Source: Armatimonadota bacterium
GTDB lineage: Bacteria > Armatimonadota > SYMT01
NCBI GenBank assembly: GCA_041690135.1
Contig: JAWLHY010000007.1
Coordinates: forward strand, 128,001-192,000
Reading direction: 5' to 3'
Length of the DNA stretch: 64,000 nt
Positions 19,090-27,203 of the stretch are shown piece by piece. Below the pieces are notes generated by a model that saw only the letters and a program-made list of their open reading frames with translations, made no database searches and was not told the origin of the DNA. The position numbers and the translations under genes are program-made. Positions within the stretch are counted from its first letter, which is position 1. Each line of letters opens with the position of its first letter.

Positions 19090-22000
19090 TCAGGGACGGG
19101 AAGACCGGGGGATGAGAACCACTGTGCCGTCCATGAGTCCAACGGCCAGGCGGGTGGGGTTGGTTACGAACGTCAGGCTGCTCACAGCACTGGGAAGCGA
19201 GGGGATGGTGATCGTTGGACGGGCCGTTTCAACGTTCCAGAGTTGGACCGTGCGCTCCCGTCCGTTCACCGTGGCCAAGGTGGTGGCATCGGGTGATATG
19301 GCAAATCCTTCTTTGGTTCCCTGGTTGGTGGTTGGGAAGAAGCGCTGTTTGCCCGACACGCAGTGGATGAAGGATATGCCAGTTGGAGAAGCAAACGTCA
19401 GCCATTGACCGTCCGAAGTGAGTTGGATGGGTCCTTCGGCATCCGCGGAGACCTTTCTGGGCTTATCCTCATGGATACGGTCCCACAACAGGAGCTGTGT
19501 CTTGGAGCTATAGATGGCAATTCTTTCGGCATTGCGACTGGCGGCCAGCAAGGTGTAGCCTCGAGGTAGCGTTTGCACCACCTGCGGGGACCATTTCCCG
19601 GCTTCAAAGAGAGCGAGTTTCCCCGTTTCGCCAACGGCAAGTAGATGGGTGCCGCCGTGAGCGAAGGCGAGCGCCTGAACTTTTCCGATGGTGCTCGCCA
19701 CCCGGATGAGCCTCTGGTCGGCCAACCCGGTCAGCACAATGTTCTCGTGTTCCGCACGCGCCAGGACCTGCAGTTCCGGAGAGTAAGCCTGGGGGACGGA
19801 GCGAAACTCTCGTCGCACCAGGAGTGTTCCCTTCGAGTGTAAGGTCCAGTAGTCCCGCCTCCCGGACCGGGTGTGGATCGCAGCCTGGTCCCCGCCAGTA
19901 GAAAAGGCCATAGCGTGCACGGGAAAGTCGGTCCCGCTGTCGAACCGCGGATTCGCCGTTTCGGGTAGGAGTCTCACCACGACCTTCCCGCTTCCTTCGT
20001 CGATTGCGAGGAACTTACCGTCCCGAGAAAGAGCCACCCTACCTGGACCCTTACCCAAAGTCGCGAGATTGGCGACCTCTCGCTGCGATTGCCAGTTCCA
20101 GATCCGAACTACCCCTTCCCGCCCGAGGGTGGCCAGATAGTGGGCGGGTCCCGACCAGGACAGATCGGAAATGCCCAGCCGGTGCCCACTCAAGTTTCCA
20201 ATGAGTTTCCCATCTGCGGAGCGCCAGACCATGACAATGCCCGGGGTTTCACCTTGCATCCCCGGGGTATACGTCCCAACCGCGAGGTGACGCGAGTCCG
20301 GTGAGAACTCCAGGCAACTCGCAGCCGGTTTATGGCCGGTCAATAGGGTGCCGGTATGGCCTGTAAGCCCCCGCTCCGCGAGTGGAAAGATGCGGACGTT
20401 GGAGCCATCAACAGCCCCAGCCAGCAGCCTCCCGTTTGGCGAGAATGACAGCAGGCCGACTGACTTCTCCGGGAGGGTCAACTCCGAGATGCGGCGGGGT
20501 GGTGTGGTGCTCCAGAGCTCTACTCGGGCAGATTGCTTGCGGTTCGTCGGAGGGTCCACCCGTCCGAGGGCGAGCAGTTTCCCATCCGGTGAGAGAGCGG
20601 TAGAGGAGATCCAGCCACTGGGGTGGCAAATGTGGGTCTCTTCACCTGTCCGCATCCGGACCAGCGTCACCTCCCACTTCGTTGCGTTCGGTGGGCTTCC
20701 GGGAGGCGCCACGTGGGCGGCTGCGCGTACCATTAGCGATCCTGTCCCATCCACTGCGGGGTCGTGCCAGGTCCAGTTGGGATTCTCGCGTGCGGTCCGC
20801 GAAAAGTCTTGGGGTTCGGGAACGGTGTGTGTCTCCCGCCTCGTCTCCGCATCCCAGTACTGGGTGTGGTAGTAAAGCCCGGCGCGTATGAGTGTCCGGC
20901 CGTCCGGAAGGAAGGCGAGATGGTTTGCAATGCCCGGCGGCGTGGGGAGCGTGAGGGGCGGGCGCTCCAGTAGGGACGAGAGGTAGTGCCACTCGAAGCC
21001 GCGCAGGTCCCGCTCTCCCGGTTGGGGCGAGTACCGGGCCAGCAGCTTCTCGGCCTGCGCCATTTCCCCGGCGGCGAGCGCCTGTTGGGCGGCTCGCATG
21101 TCGTCGACGTACCGGTTGAGGCGCAGGCTCTCGCCGCGCTGTTCGGCCCGCGTGAACTGGTGATATGCGACGTAGCTGGCGACGCTCGCGACCAGCAGGG
21201 CCGTAGAGAGGGCGGCGGCCCGGAACATGCCCCGGATGTAGGCCTTCCGCTGGCGCCTCACCTCCGCGTCCGGCATAGCGGAGCGGACCCATTCCGGGTC
21301 GAACGCACCGGCATAGATGCGGTTCCGCACCACCAGCCGGCCGTTCACGGAGCGCACGATGCCGGAGAGGCGCAGGATGCTGATGAGCGGGTGGAGCGCA
21401 TCGTCCTTGATCGCCTTCTTTCGCCACACCTGCCCGTACAGCTCCAGCAACCCGCCGAGATCCGTACCGCTGCGGAGCAGGCGCTCCCGCACGAACATCA
21501 GGTTGTCGTCGCGCTCGCGGGCGCCGGGGGCGAGGAACAACTCCTCGCAAAGGATATCGACATCGGAAGGATGTTTTGAAGGATGAAGGCGGAAGGATGA
21601 AGGGGACTGCGGCCGATTAGGATGAAGATTACGATTAGGATAACGGGGGGGCGAGGATCTTGAAGAATGAGCTGAAGCGCCTTCCTTTATCCTTTCGCTA
21701 ACTGCCTGGCAGAGGCGTTGGGTGAGGTAGGGATGGCCGCCGGTCCAGTAGAGCACCCGTTGGAGCAACTCCCGTTTTTCCGCGGTGGAGACGGCGTCGG
21801 GGTCTCCCAACTCCTGCGCGAAACCGGCGGCCAGGGGTGCGGCTTCCGTTTCGGTGAAGTCGTCGAGATCGATCCGACGGCCGATGTTGAAGGGTGTCGT
21901 GCGCGGGTCCTGGATCAGGTCGGAGGGGGTGGCTACGCCCACCAGGCAGAAGGTGAGGCGGTGCATCTCCGGGTCGTGGGGGCGACGGTTGTAGCACTCG

Positions 22001-22479
22001 CGGATGGCGGCGAAGAATTCATCCGTGTTGAAGGGCAGGCTCCGCACCGCGTCGATCTCGTCCACGAAGATGACGAGCTGGCCGGAACAGCGGGGCAGCA
22101 CCACTTCTCGCAGGGCCGCCATCCAGCGTTGCAGCGGCCCGAGCAGTTCTTGTTCCGCCCAGAAGGCGCGTACTTCATGTCGCGTGCGAGTCTGCTGGGC
22201 CAGCGCCTGGAGCAGGCCGTAGTACCACTGCTCCTGCGTGAGCATCTGGCCCACCATCGTGAGGTCGAGGACGGCGACGCACACCCCCTCGGCGCGCAGC
22301 CGCACGGCGGTGCGCACCATCAGGGACGACTTGCCCATCTGGCGTGGCGTGAGGACGTAGCAGAACTCGCTCCGCCGGAGGCCCTCGTAGAGGTGCCGGT
22401 CCGCGGCCCGCTCCACATAGCATGGGGCGTCCGGGACCAGGGTGCCACCGGTAACGAAAAACCCGGCATGCGCGCTCAC
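19090..22479 (-). CDS. AAA_35 (STAND) NTPase + central hydrophobic helix + divergent WD40 propeller
   Basis: FFVTGGTL, YVERAAD, Walker A TPRQMGKSS, Walker B IFVDEID, TPFNIG, WTGGHPYLTQ; GTG start overlaps the upstream TGA. Confidence 0.9.
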   Translation of the reverse strand: MSAHAGFFVTGGTLVPDAPCYVERAADRHLYEGLRRSEFCYVLTPRQMGKSSLMVRTAVRLRAEGVCVAVLDLTMVGQMLTQEQWYYGLLQALAQQTRTRHEVRAFWAEQELLGPLQRWMAALREVVLPRCSGQLVIFVDEIDAVRSLPFNTDEFFAAIRECYNRRPHDPEMHRLTFCLVGVATPSDLIQDPRTTPFNIGRRIDLDDFTETEAAPLAAGFAQELGDPDAVSTAEKRELLQRVLYWTGGHPYLTQRLCQAVSERIKEGASAHSSRSSPPRYPNRNLHPNRPQSPSSFRLHPSKHPSDVDILCEELFLAPGARERDDNLMFVRERLLRSGTDLGGLLELYGQVWRKKAIKDDALHPLISILRLSGIVRSVNGRLVVRNRIYAGAFDPEWVRSAMPDAEVRRQRKAYIRGMFRAAALSTALLVASVASYVAYHQFTRAEQRGESLRLNRYVDDMRAAQQALAAGEMAQAEKLLARYSPQPGERDLRGFEWHYLSSLLERPPLTLPTPPGIANHLAFLPDGRTLIRAGLYYHTQYWDAETRRETHTVPEPQDFSRTARENPNWTWHDPAVDGTGSLMVRAAAHVAPPGSPPNATKWEVTLVRMRTGEETHICHPSGWISSTALSPDGKLLALGRVDPPTNRKQSARVELWSTTPPRRISELTLPEKSVGLLSFSPNGRLLAGAVDGSNVRIFPLAERGLTGHTGTLLTGHKPAASCLEFSPDSRHLAVGTYTPGMQGETPGIVMVWRSADGKLIGNLSGHRLGISDLSWSGPAHYLATLGREGVVRIWNWQSQREVANLATLGKGPGRVALSRDGKFLAIDEGSGKVVVRLLPETANPRFDSGTDFPVHAMAFSTGGDQAAIHTRSGRRDYWTLHSKGTLLVRREFRSVPQAYSPELQVLARAEHENIVLTGLADQRLIRVASTIGKVQALAFAHGGTHLLAVGETGKLALFEAGKWSPQVVQTLPRGYTLLAASRNAERIAIYSSKTQLLLWDRIHEDKPRKVSADAEGPIQLTSDGQWLTFASPTGISFIHCVSGKQRFFPTTNQGTKEGFAISPDATTLATVNGRERTVQLWNVETARPTITIPSLPSAVSSLTFVTNPTRLAVGLMDGTVVLIPRSSRP

Positions 22480-25139
22480 AGCAGGTGCCTTTCCAGGTAC
22501 GTGGCATACAGCCGGCAACGCGGGCGCGCGTCCCGCGGCGAAAGACCGGTCAGCAGTCCCGCGCTCCAGAGGCGGAAGTAGCTCTCCGGCGTGGGGCACG
22601 GGCGCCCCTGGAGTACTCCGCGCATCACCTCCGCGAGCTCCGGGTCCTTGAGGACCAGCAGGAGCATGTGGCCCAGGTGATCCCCGAATACGGAGTCTTC
22701 CTGCTCGGCCAGCCGCTCCAACTCCGCCAGGGTACGGCCCTGGCTGGCCAGCTCGTGTAGGCCGCGATGGCTCAGGTAGGGATGCCCTCCCAGCAATTCC
22801 CAATAGCGCTCTTCTTCCCGGCTATCCTGCAGCGGACCCCCATAGCGGGCGTTCAGTTCCTGGATCTGCTCCAGGCTGAAGTCCCGTAGGGCGATGCGCG
22901 TGCCCACGTTAAAGGGAGACTGGTTCAGGTCCGTGATAAAGAGATGGGCTTCCGTGGCGTAGGCGAGGGCGAGCGTGAGACGAGACCAGGGCAGCATCGG
23001 GTTAAGAGCACGCTCGTTATGCCACGAGCGGAACAGGCCGAATACCTCGCTGCCGAACGGGGAAGTGAACAGGCGGTCGACTTCGTCCAGACCCCACACC
23101 AGCGGCTCCTCAATGCGTTCCATGATCTCGTAACAGAAGAACTCTCGGAAGTTCCAGCTCGGGCCGTGGAGCGGGTCCCACACTTCATCCGGCGAAACGT
23201 CGAGGTTCAACTGCCGCACCGCCGAGCGCGCCAGCGCTCGGAAGAAGCCGTCGACCGACTCCAGTTGATCGCGGTTGAAGACCTGGAAGTCGGTAAGAAG
23301 CACGCGCTTGCCTTGCGCACGGGCGACACTGAGCCCGCGGGCGAGAAGCGAAGTCTTTCCCATCTGGCGAGCGCCCTTGATACGCACGATGCTGTCTTGC
23401 CGGTCGATGGCGGCCGCAAACAGCTCGTCAGTGTCGCGGGGTACGTAGAAGCGCGACTCGAGAGGGAGCACTCCGGTAGGCGGGGTGAGTTCTCTTCGCC
23501 ACTGGCTCGAGAGCAGCACGCCGGGGTTGCGGAGTGCGTCGCGGATTTCTCCGGCCACGCGTTCGGCAGAGCCGGACCAGCGAAGGGATGGCAGGTCGCT
23601 CACCAGCGGTACCAATACCCCCTGGATGCCCGTCGGTTCGGTCAGCCACACCGGCAGAACCCTCGGTCTCCCTTGGTGTTGGGCGGCTTCCAGCGCCACC
23701 TGCACCGTGTAGGCGAGCATCTCGCTGTGCACCGTTGCCGCGGAGACCAGGGGAAGGACGAGATCGGCCCGGTGGATCGCCTGTTCCTGCGCCAGGATCG
23801 CTCCCACGCCGCTCACGGGCGTTCGCGTCTGGACGCGGCAGCCCTGGGACCGAAGGAGGGAAGCCAGCTGCGCGGCAACGCGCTCGGTATCCGAACCGGG
23901 TTGCCCCAGGAGTACGATCTCCTGCTCTTTCCAGTCATCCGTATCCGCCTTTGGCTCGACGGGATTTGGAAGCGGCTGTGGCGCGTGCCGGGATCGCACA
24001 TCGTGTCCGAGTAACGCCAGTTCGGCAGCCTCGTCGGCGGTTTCGGCAATCTCCAGGCGCAATCCACGCGCCTCCCAATCCCGCCGGATCGTTTCCGCCG
24101 GCCGGTTCTCCGGTCCGGTGATCACGGTGACCATTTCGCCCCGGTTGGCCAGGCGCAAGGCGGCCTCCAGTTTGGGGGCACTCCCCTCGAAGCCCGCGAC
24201 GTGCCCCAGGGTTCGATTGGGCCGGACCGTGGCCGCAACCACGCATGTGGGGTGGGGGGTCTGGTTCCGTAACAGGTGCAGGAGCCCGGCATAGGCGGCC
24301 CCCTGCAAGGAGCACCCTTCCAGCGGCGCGGGCCGACCGCCCTGCGGGTGCTCCTCCCAGGGAACACCCCCCAACCACCACCGGACATCCTCTCCTTCCA
24401 GGCGTCCCTGGCGCTCGGCTACCATCTGCCACGCGTCATCGATCGCCAGTTTCAGGTCGGGCTGGAGCGGATCGAAAAGCGTGTTGGCGGCCTGGAAGAA
24501 TTCTCCGTATCCTCCGGCCAGGCGCTCCAGCCAGAGCCACACGATGTATCCCTTCCCGCCCCGCGCCAGCAGCACGGGGCAGCGTACCTGATGGATCCGG
24601 GAGAGAGAACCGGCGTACTGCGGGGAACCGGCCAGAATCGAGAGGACCGTACTCTGGGCGGAAGCGATCCGCGCGGTGCGCTGCGGCATCCGGGAGAGAA
24701 GTTGTCCAAAACAGTACCGGACGAGTTCCGCACCGTTCTCGCGAGGCTGCCAGGCCGGGATCTCATGCGTCACTTGCACGGGGTTCCGGTCTCCGAGTGC
24801 GCGAAATCCCCAGTGCTGTAAGTCCCGGGAAGCATCGCGGGAGGTCACGGCGAGTGACGCTACCGCCGCGGCGGCGAGAATCCGGCAGGCGGCCTCCGTG
24901 CGCTCTTCAACGCATTGCGAATCCCCCAGGCACGCCTCAACAACCGGCGATCGGTCCCAATCGCCGGAGAGATACTGATAGGCACGTTCCAGGCTCCGCA
25001 CGCTGTCGGGGGTTTGGACCGCCTCTTCACAACCGCGCCAGAGACACCCCTGGCTCAGGAGTGCCTGCCAGGCGTGTTGCTTCTGCCGGGTGGTGCCGGT
25101 TGCCAGGAGGCATGAGAGGTCGAGGAGTTGCGCTAACAT
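22476..25139 (-). CDS. Lon_C-like Ser-Lys protease + degenerate TIR + AAA_35 STAND NTPase fusion
   Basis: EGCS(277)...PK(323)LEAA; TIR-like ADLVLPLVSAATVHSEMLAYTV..RVLPVW; Walker A GARQMGKTS, LDEVD, SPFNVG, GGHPYL. Confidence 0.85.
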   Translation of the reverse strand: MLAQLLDLSCLLATGTTRQKQHAWQALLSQGCLWRGCEEAVQTPDSVRSLERAYQYLSGDWDRSPVVEACLGDSQCVEERTEAACRILAAAAVASLAVTSRDASRDLQHWGFRALGDRNPVQVTHEIPAWQPRENGAELVRYCFGQLLSRMPQRTARIASAQSTVLSILAGSPQYAGSLSRIHQVRCPVLLARGGKGYIVWLWLERLAGGYGEFFQAANTLFDPLQPDLKLAIDDAWQMVAERQGRLEGEDVRWWLGGVPWEEHPQGGRPAPLEGCSLQGAAYAGLLHLLRNQTPHPTCVVAATVRPNRTLGHVAGFEGSAPKLEAALRLANRGEMVTVITGPENRPAETIRRDWEARGLRLEIAETADEAAELALLGHDVRSRHAPQPLPNPVEPKADTDDWKEQEIVLLGQPGSDTERVAAQLASLLRSQGCRVQTRTPVSGVGAILAQEQAIHRADLVLPLVSAATVHSEMLAYTVQVALEAAQHQGRPRVLPVWLTEPTGIQGVLVPLVSDLPSLRWSGSAERVAGEIRDALRNPGVLLSSQWRRELTPPTGVLPLESRFYVPRDTDELFAAAIDRQDSIVRIKGARQMGKTSLLARGLSVARAQGKRVLLTDFQVFNRDQLESVDGFFRALARSAVRQLNLDVSPDEVWDPLHGPSWNFREFFCYEIMERIEEPLVWGLDEVDRLFTSPFGSEVFGLFRSWHNERALNPMLPWSRLTLALAYATEAHLFITDLNQSPFNVGTRIALRDFSLEQIQELNARYGGPLQDSREEERYWELLGGHPYLSHRGLHELASQGRTLAELERLAEQEDSVFGDHLGHMLLLVLKDPELAEVMRGVLQGRPCPTPESYFRLWSAGLLTGLSPRDARPRCRLYATYLERHLL

Positions 25140-25154
25140 CCAGGGCCGGCCTGT

Positions 25155-26087
25155 CTAGGACTGTGCCGCCTGACCCGATGCCCCTTCCGCGCCGAGGCGA
25201 GCGCGAAGGGTCGAAAGGGGAAGGGCGTGCGGTAAGTTCCGCGACTCCGCTGTCTCCAGCCACCGCATCCAGGCGTGGCGGGAAGCCGCATCGGGAAACT
25301 CTCGCGTAGACGCCTCCAGGGCTTCCCACTCCGGTGGCCCGAGAAGGCTGGGGTCCACGGGGCTCACCACCAGCCCCTCACAGCAACCATGCAGTCGCGT
25401 GTAGAGTTCCTCCTTCGTGTACTTGGCGTGCCCGGTGTACCATCCTTCCACGTCCGGGTGGAGCACGGTAAACCCCTCGATCACGTGGTTGCGCCCGCGA
25501 CCGTAAAGCAAGATGCCGACGAGGTGATGGTTGAGCCGCGCGTCTCGCGAGCGCACTTCCAACACCAGGGAGGTCTCCTCCTCGCTCAACTCCGCTTCGA
25601 GACTATCGTCAGCGGAAGATGCCACGATACGCAAGGGAGAACTGCCCGCCACCAGCGCCTGGGGATGGGGAAGGGGCGCGAGGGACATGCAGGCGGCGAC
25701 TCGTCTTCGGAGAGCCTGCAATTGCTGGGCACGTGCGTTACATGCCGTGCAGCCGCCTTCCAGAAGGTGATAATCCACGCCGCGACGGCTCGCCTCCGGC
25801 AGCAAATTCAGTTCCGCAAAGAGGAGCAGTCTCCAGGGGAGGTGAGGCAAGTTACGCGCCATTTGAGCACAAAGGCGCGCGCAGCGAACGCACCGGTTCG
25901 GATGGGCGCGTTCCGCCTCGCTGAGTTGCGTTGGGTTGAGTGCCAGCCGCCGCGCCTGGCTCAAAGACAGGCACGCTTCCGGGCCGTTCGGGTGTCCGGC
26001 AGCCACGGAGCCCCAAGGGTTTCGAAGTCCGTCAAGAAGCTGGTCGAGACGCTCTTCGGATAACGGCGCAGATGAAAGGTCCCTCAT
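25155..26087 (-). CDS. Putative cytoplasmic anti-sigma factor with two zinc-finger (ZAS-like) motifs
   Basis: HPNRCVRC and HLLEGGCTAC; immediately downstream of the ECF sigma; no obvious TM. Confidence 0.7.
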   Translation of the reverse strand: MRDLSSAPLSEERLDQLLDGLRNPWGSVAAGHPNGPEACLSLSQARRLALNPTQLSEAERAHPNRCVRCARLCAQMARNLPHLPWRLLLFAELNLLPEASRRGVDYHLLEGGCTACNARAQQLQALRRRVAACMSLAPLPHPQALVAGSSPLRIVASSADDSLEAELSEEETSLVLEVRSRDARLNHHLVGILLYGRGRNHVIEGFTVLHPDVEGWYTGHAKYTKEELYTRLHGCCEGLVVSPVDPSLLGPPEWEALEASTREFPDAASRHAWMRWLETAESRNLPHALPLSTLRARLGAEGASGQAAQS

Positions 26088-26149
26088 TGGCGTTGACTTT
26101 CTTTTTTCTTTCCCGGTGAATCCCGGCCGTGGCGCGGTCTTCGCGGTGG

Positions 26150-26710
26150 TTAGCGGTAACCCTTGCGTTCGAGACAGGTTCGCAGGAGCGCCCGGCTCTT
26201 GGCGCAGAGCGTGGATACCTGGGACGGCCACTTCTCCCACAATTCGGCGATCTCTTTGTGCGACTTCGTTCCCAGGCCATGCTTCTCACACAACAGAATC
26301 ACGCTGCGTGTCTCCTCGTCGAGGTACGCCAGGCAATCCGTAATGTCTTCGGCCGTCTGTCGAGTCAGGAGGGTCCCCTCCGGGTCCCCGCATTCGATCT
26401 CCAGGTCCCCTGCCGGTTCCTCACGATTCCCCCGCAGCCGGTTAATGGCCAGGTTCCTCGCCACCGTCAACACGTACCCGGCCAGGGGTTGGTGCGGATC
26501 GAAGTCCGGAAGATCCCGGGTGACGTAGAGGCGGACGATCACTTCCTGAACGAGGTCTTCCACGTCCGCACCACGAAGGCCTCGCTTTAGAAAGACCCCC
26601 CAGAGCCGCGTTCGCCACCGCTCCGCCAGGCATTCAAAAGCAGGCTCCGCCCCCTCGAAAAAGCTTTGCAGCAATTCTTCGTCCGACCGGTTCTCGTCCG
26701 GAAGGCTCAT
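26150..26710 (-). CDS. ECF-type RNA polymerase sigma factor
   Basis: SDEELL, AFECL, DVEDLVQEV, VARNLAINRLR, region 4 SHKEIAELW; start could be 26827. Confidence 0.9.
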   Translation of the reverse strand: MSLPDENRSDEELLQSFFEGAEPAFECLAERWRTRLWGVFLKRGLRGADVEDLVQEVIVRLYVTRDLPDFDPHQPLAGYVLTVARNLAINRLRGNREEPAGDLEIECGDPEGTLLTRQTAEDITDCLAYLDEETRSVILLCEKHGLGTKSHKEIAELWEKWPSQVSTLCAKSRALLRTCLERKGYR

Positions 26711-27203
26711 TCGCTCGGGCCTCTCGTTCGCCGGGGTAGTCCGCTCCGTCACCCCTCCTACATCGGTACACACATCAGCACTCGAATTGTTCATGACTTT
26801 CTTGCCGATTCGGGCGGTTGAATGCAAGTTGGCACAAATTCATGAAGTTTTCCGGACCGCCGGTGTGTATCTGCATGACGGCTGGAGTCGACTGAGAGCC
26901 GTAAGTATAGTTTTCGGTCGGCGACGTTTGTCATTGTGTGGATCAATTCTCCCCAACCCGCCCCGGGCGGTTATAGGGAGCGCCGGGAGGGCCGCGGAGG
27001 GGTCTCCCGGTATTTTTTTTCCACCCGTTAGCGGATTGCACCGGACCCCCTCCCGCCAGTACCTTAAGTCGGGCTTTAGGGAGGGCGAACTTGCCCCACG
27101 CGACAGGAACAACCGGGTGATCGGATGAACATTCATTCGACTTTCGGGAGTTTGCCTCCCGGGTGGGGGGAGCTGATCTGCGGATCGGCTCTGAAAGGGA
27201 CCG

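Noticed and set aside
22480-22803. N-terminal extension of the 1237-aa ORF
   Set aside because: It overlaps the upstream gene; homology to the paralog starts at the GTG at 22479.
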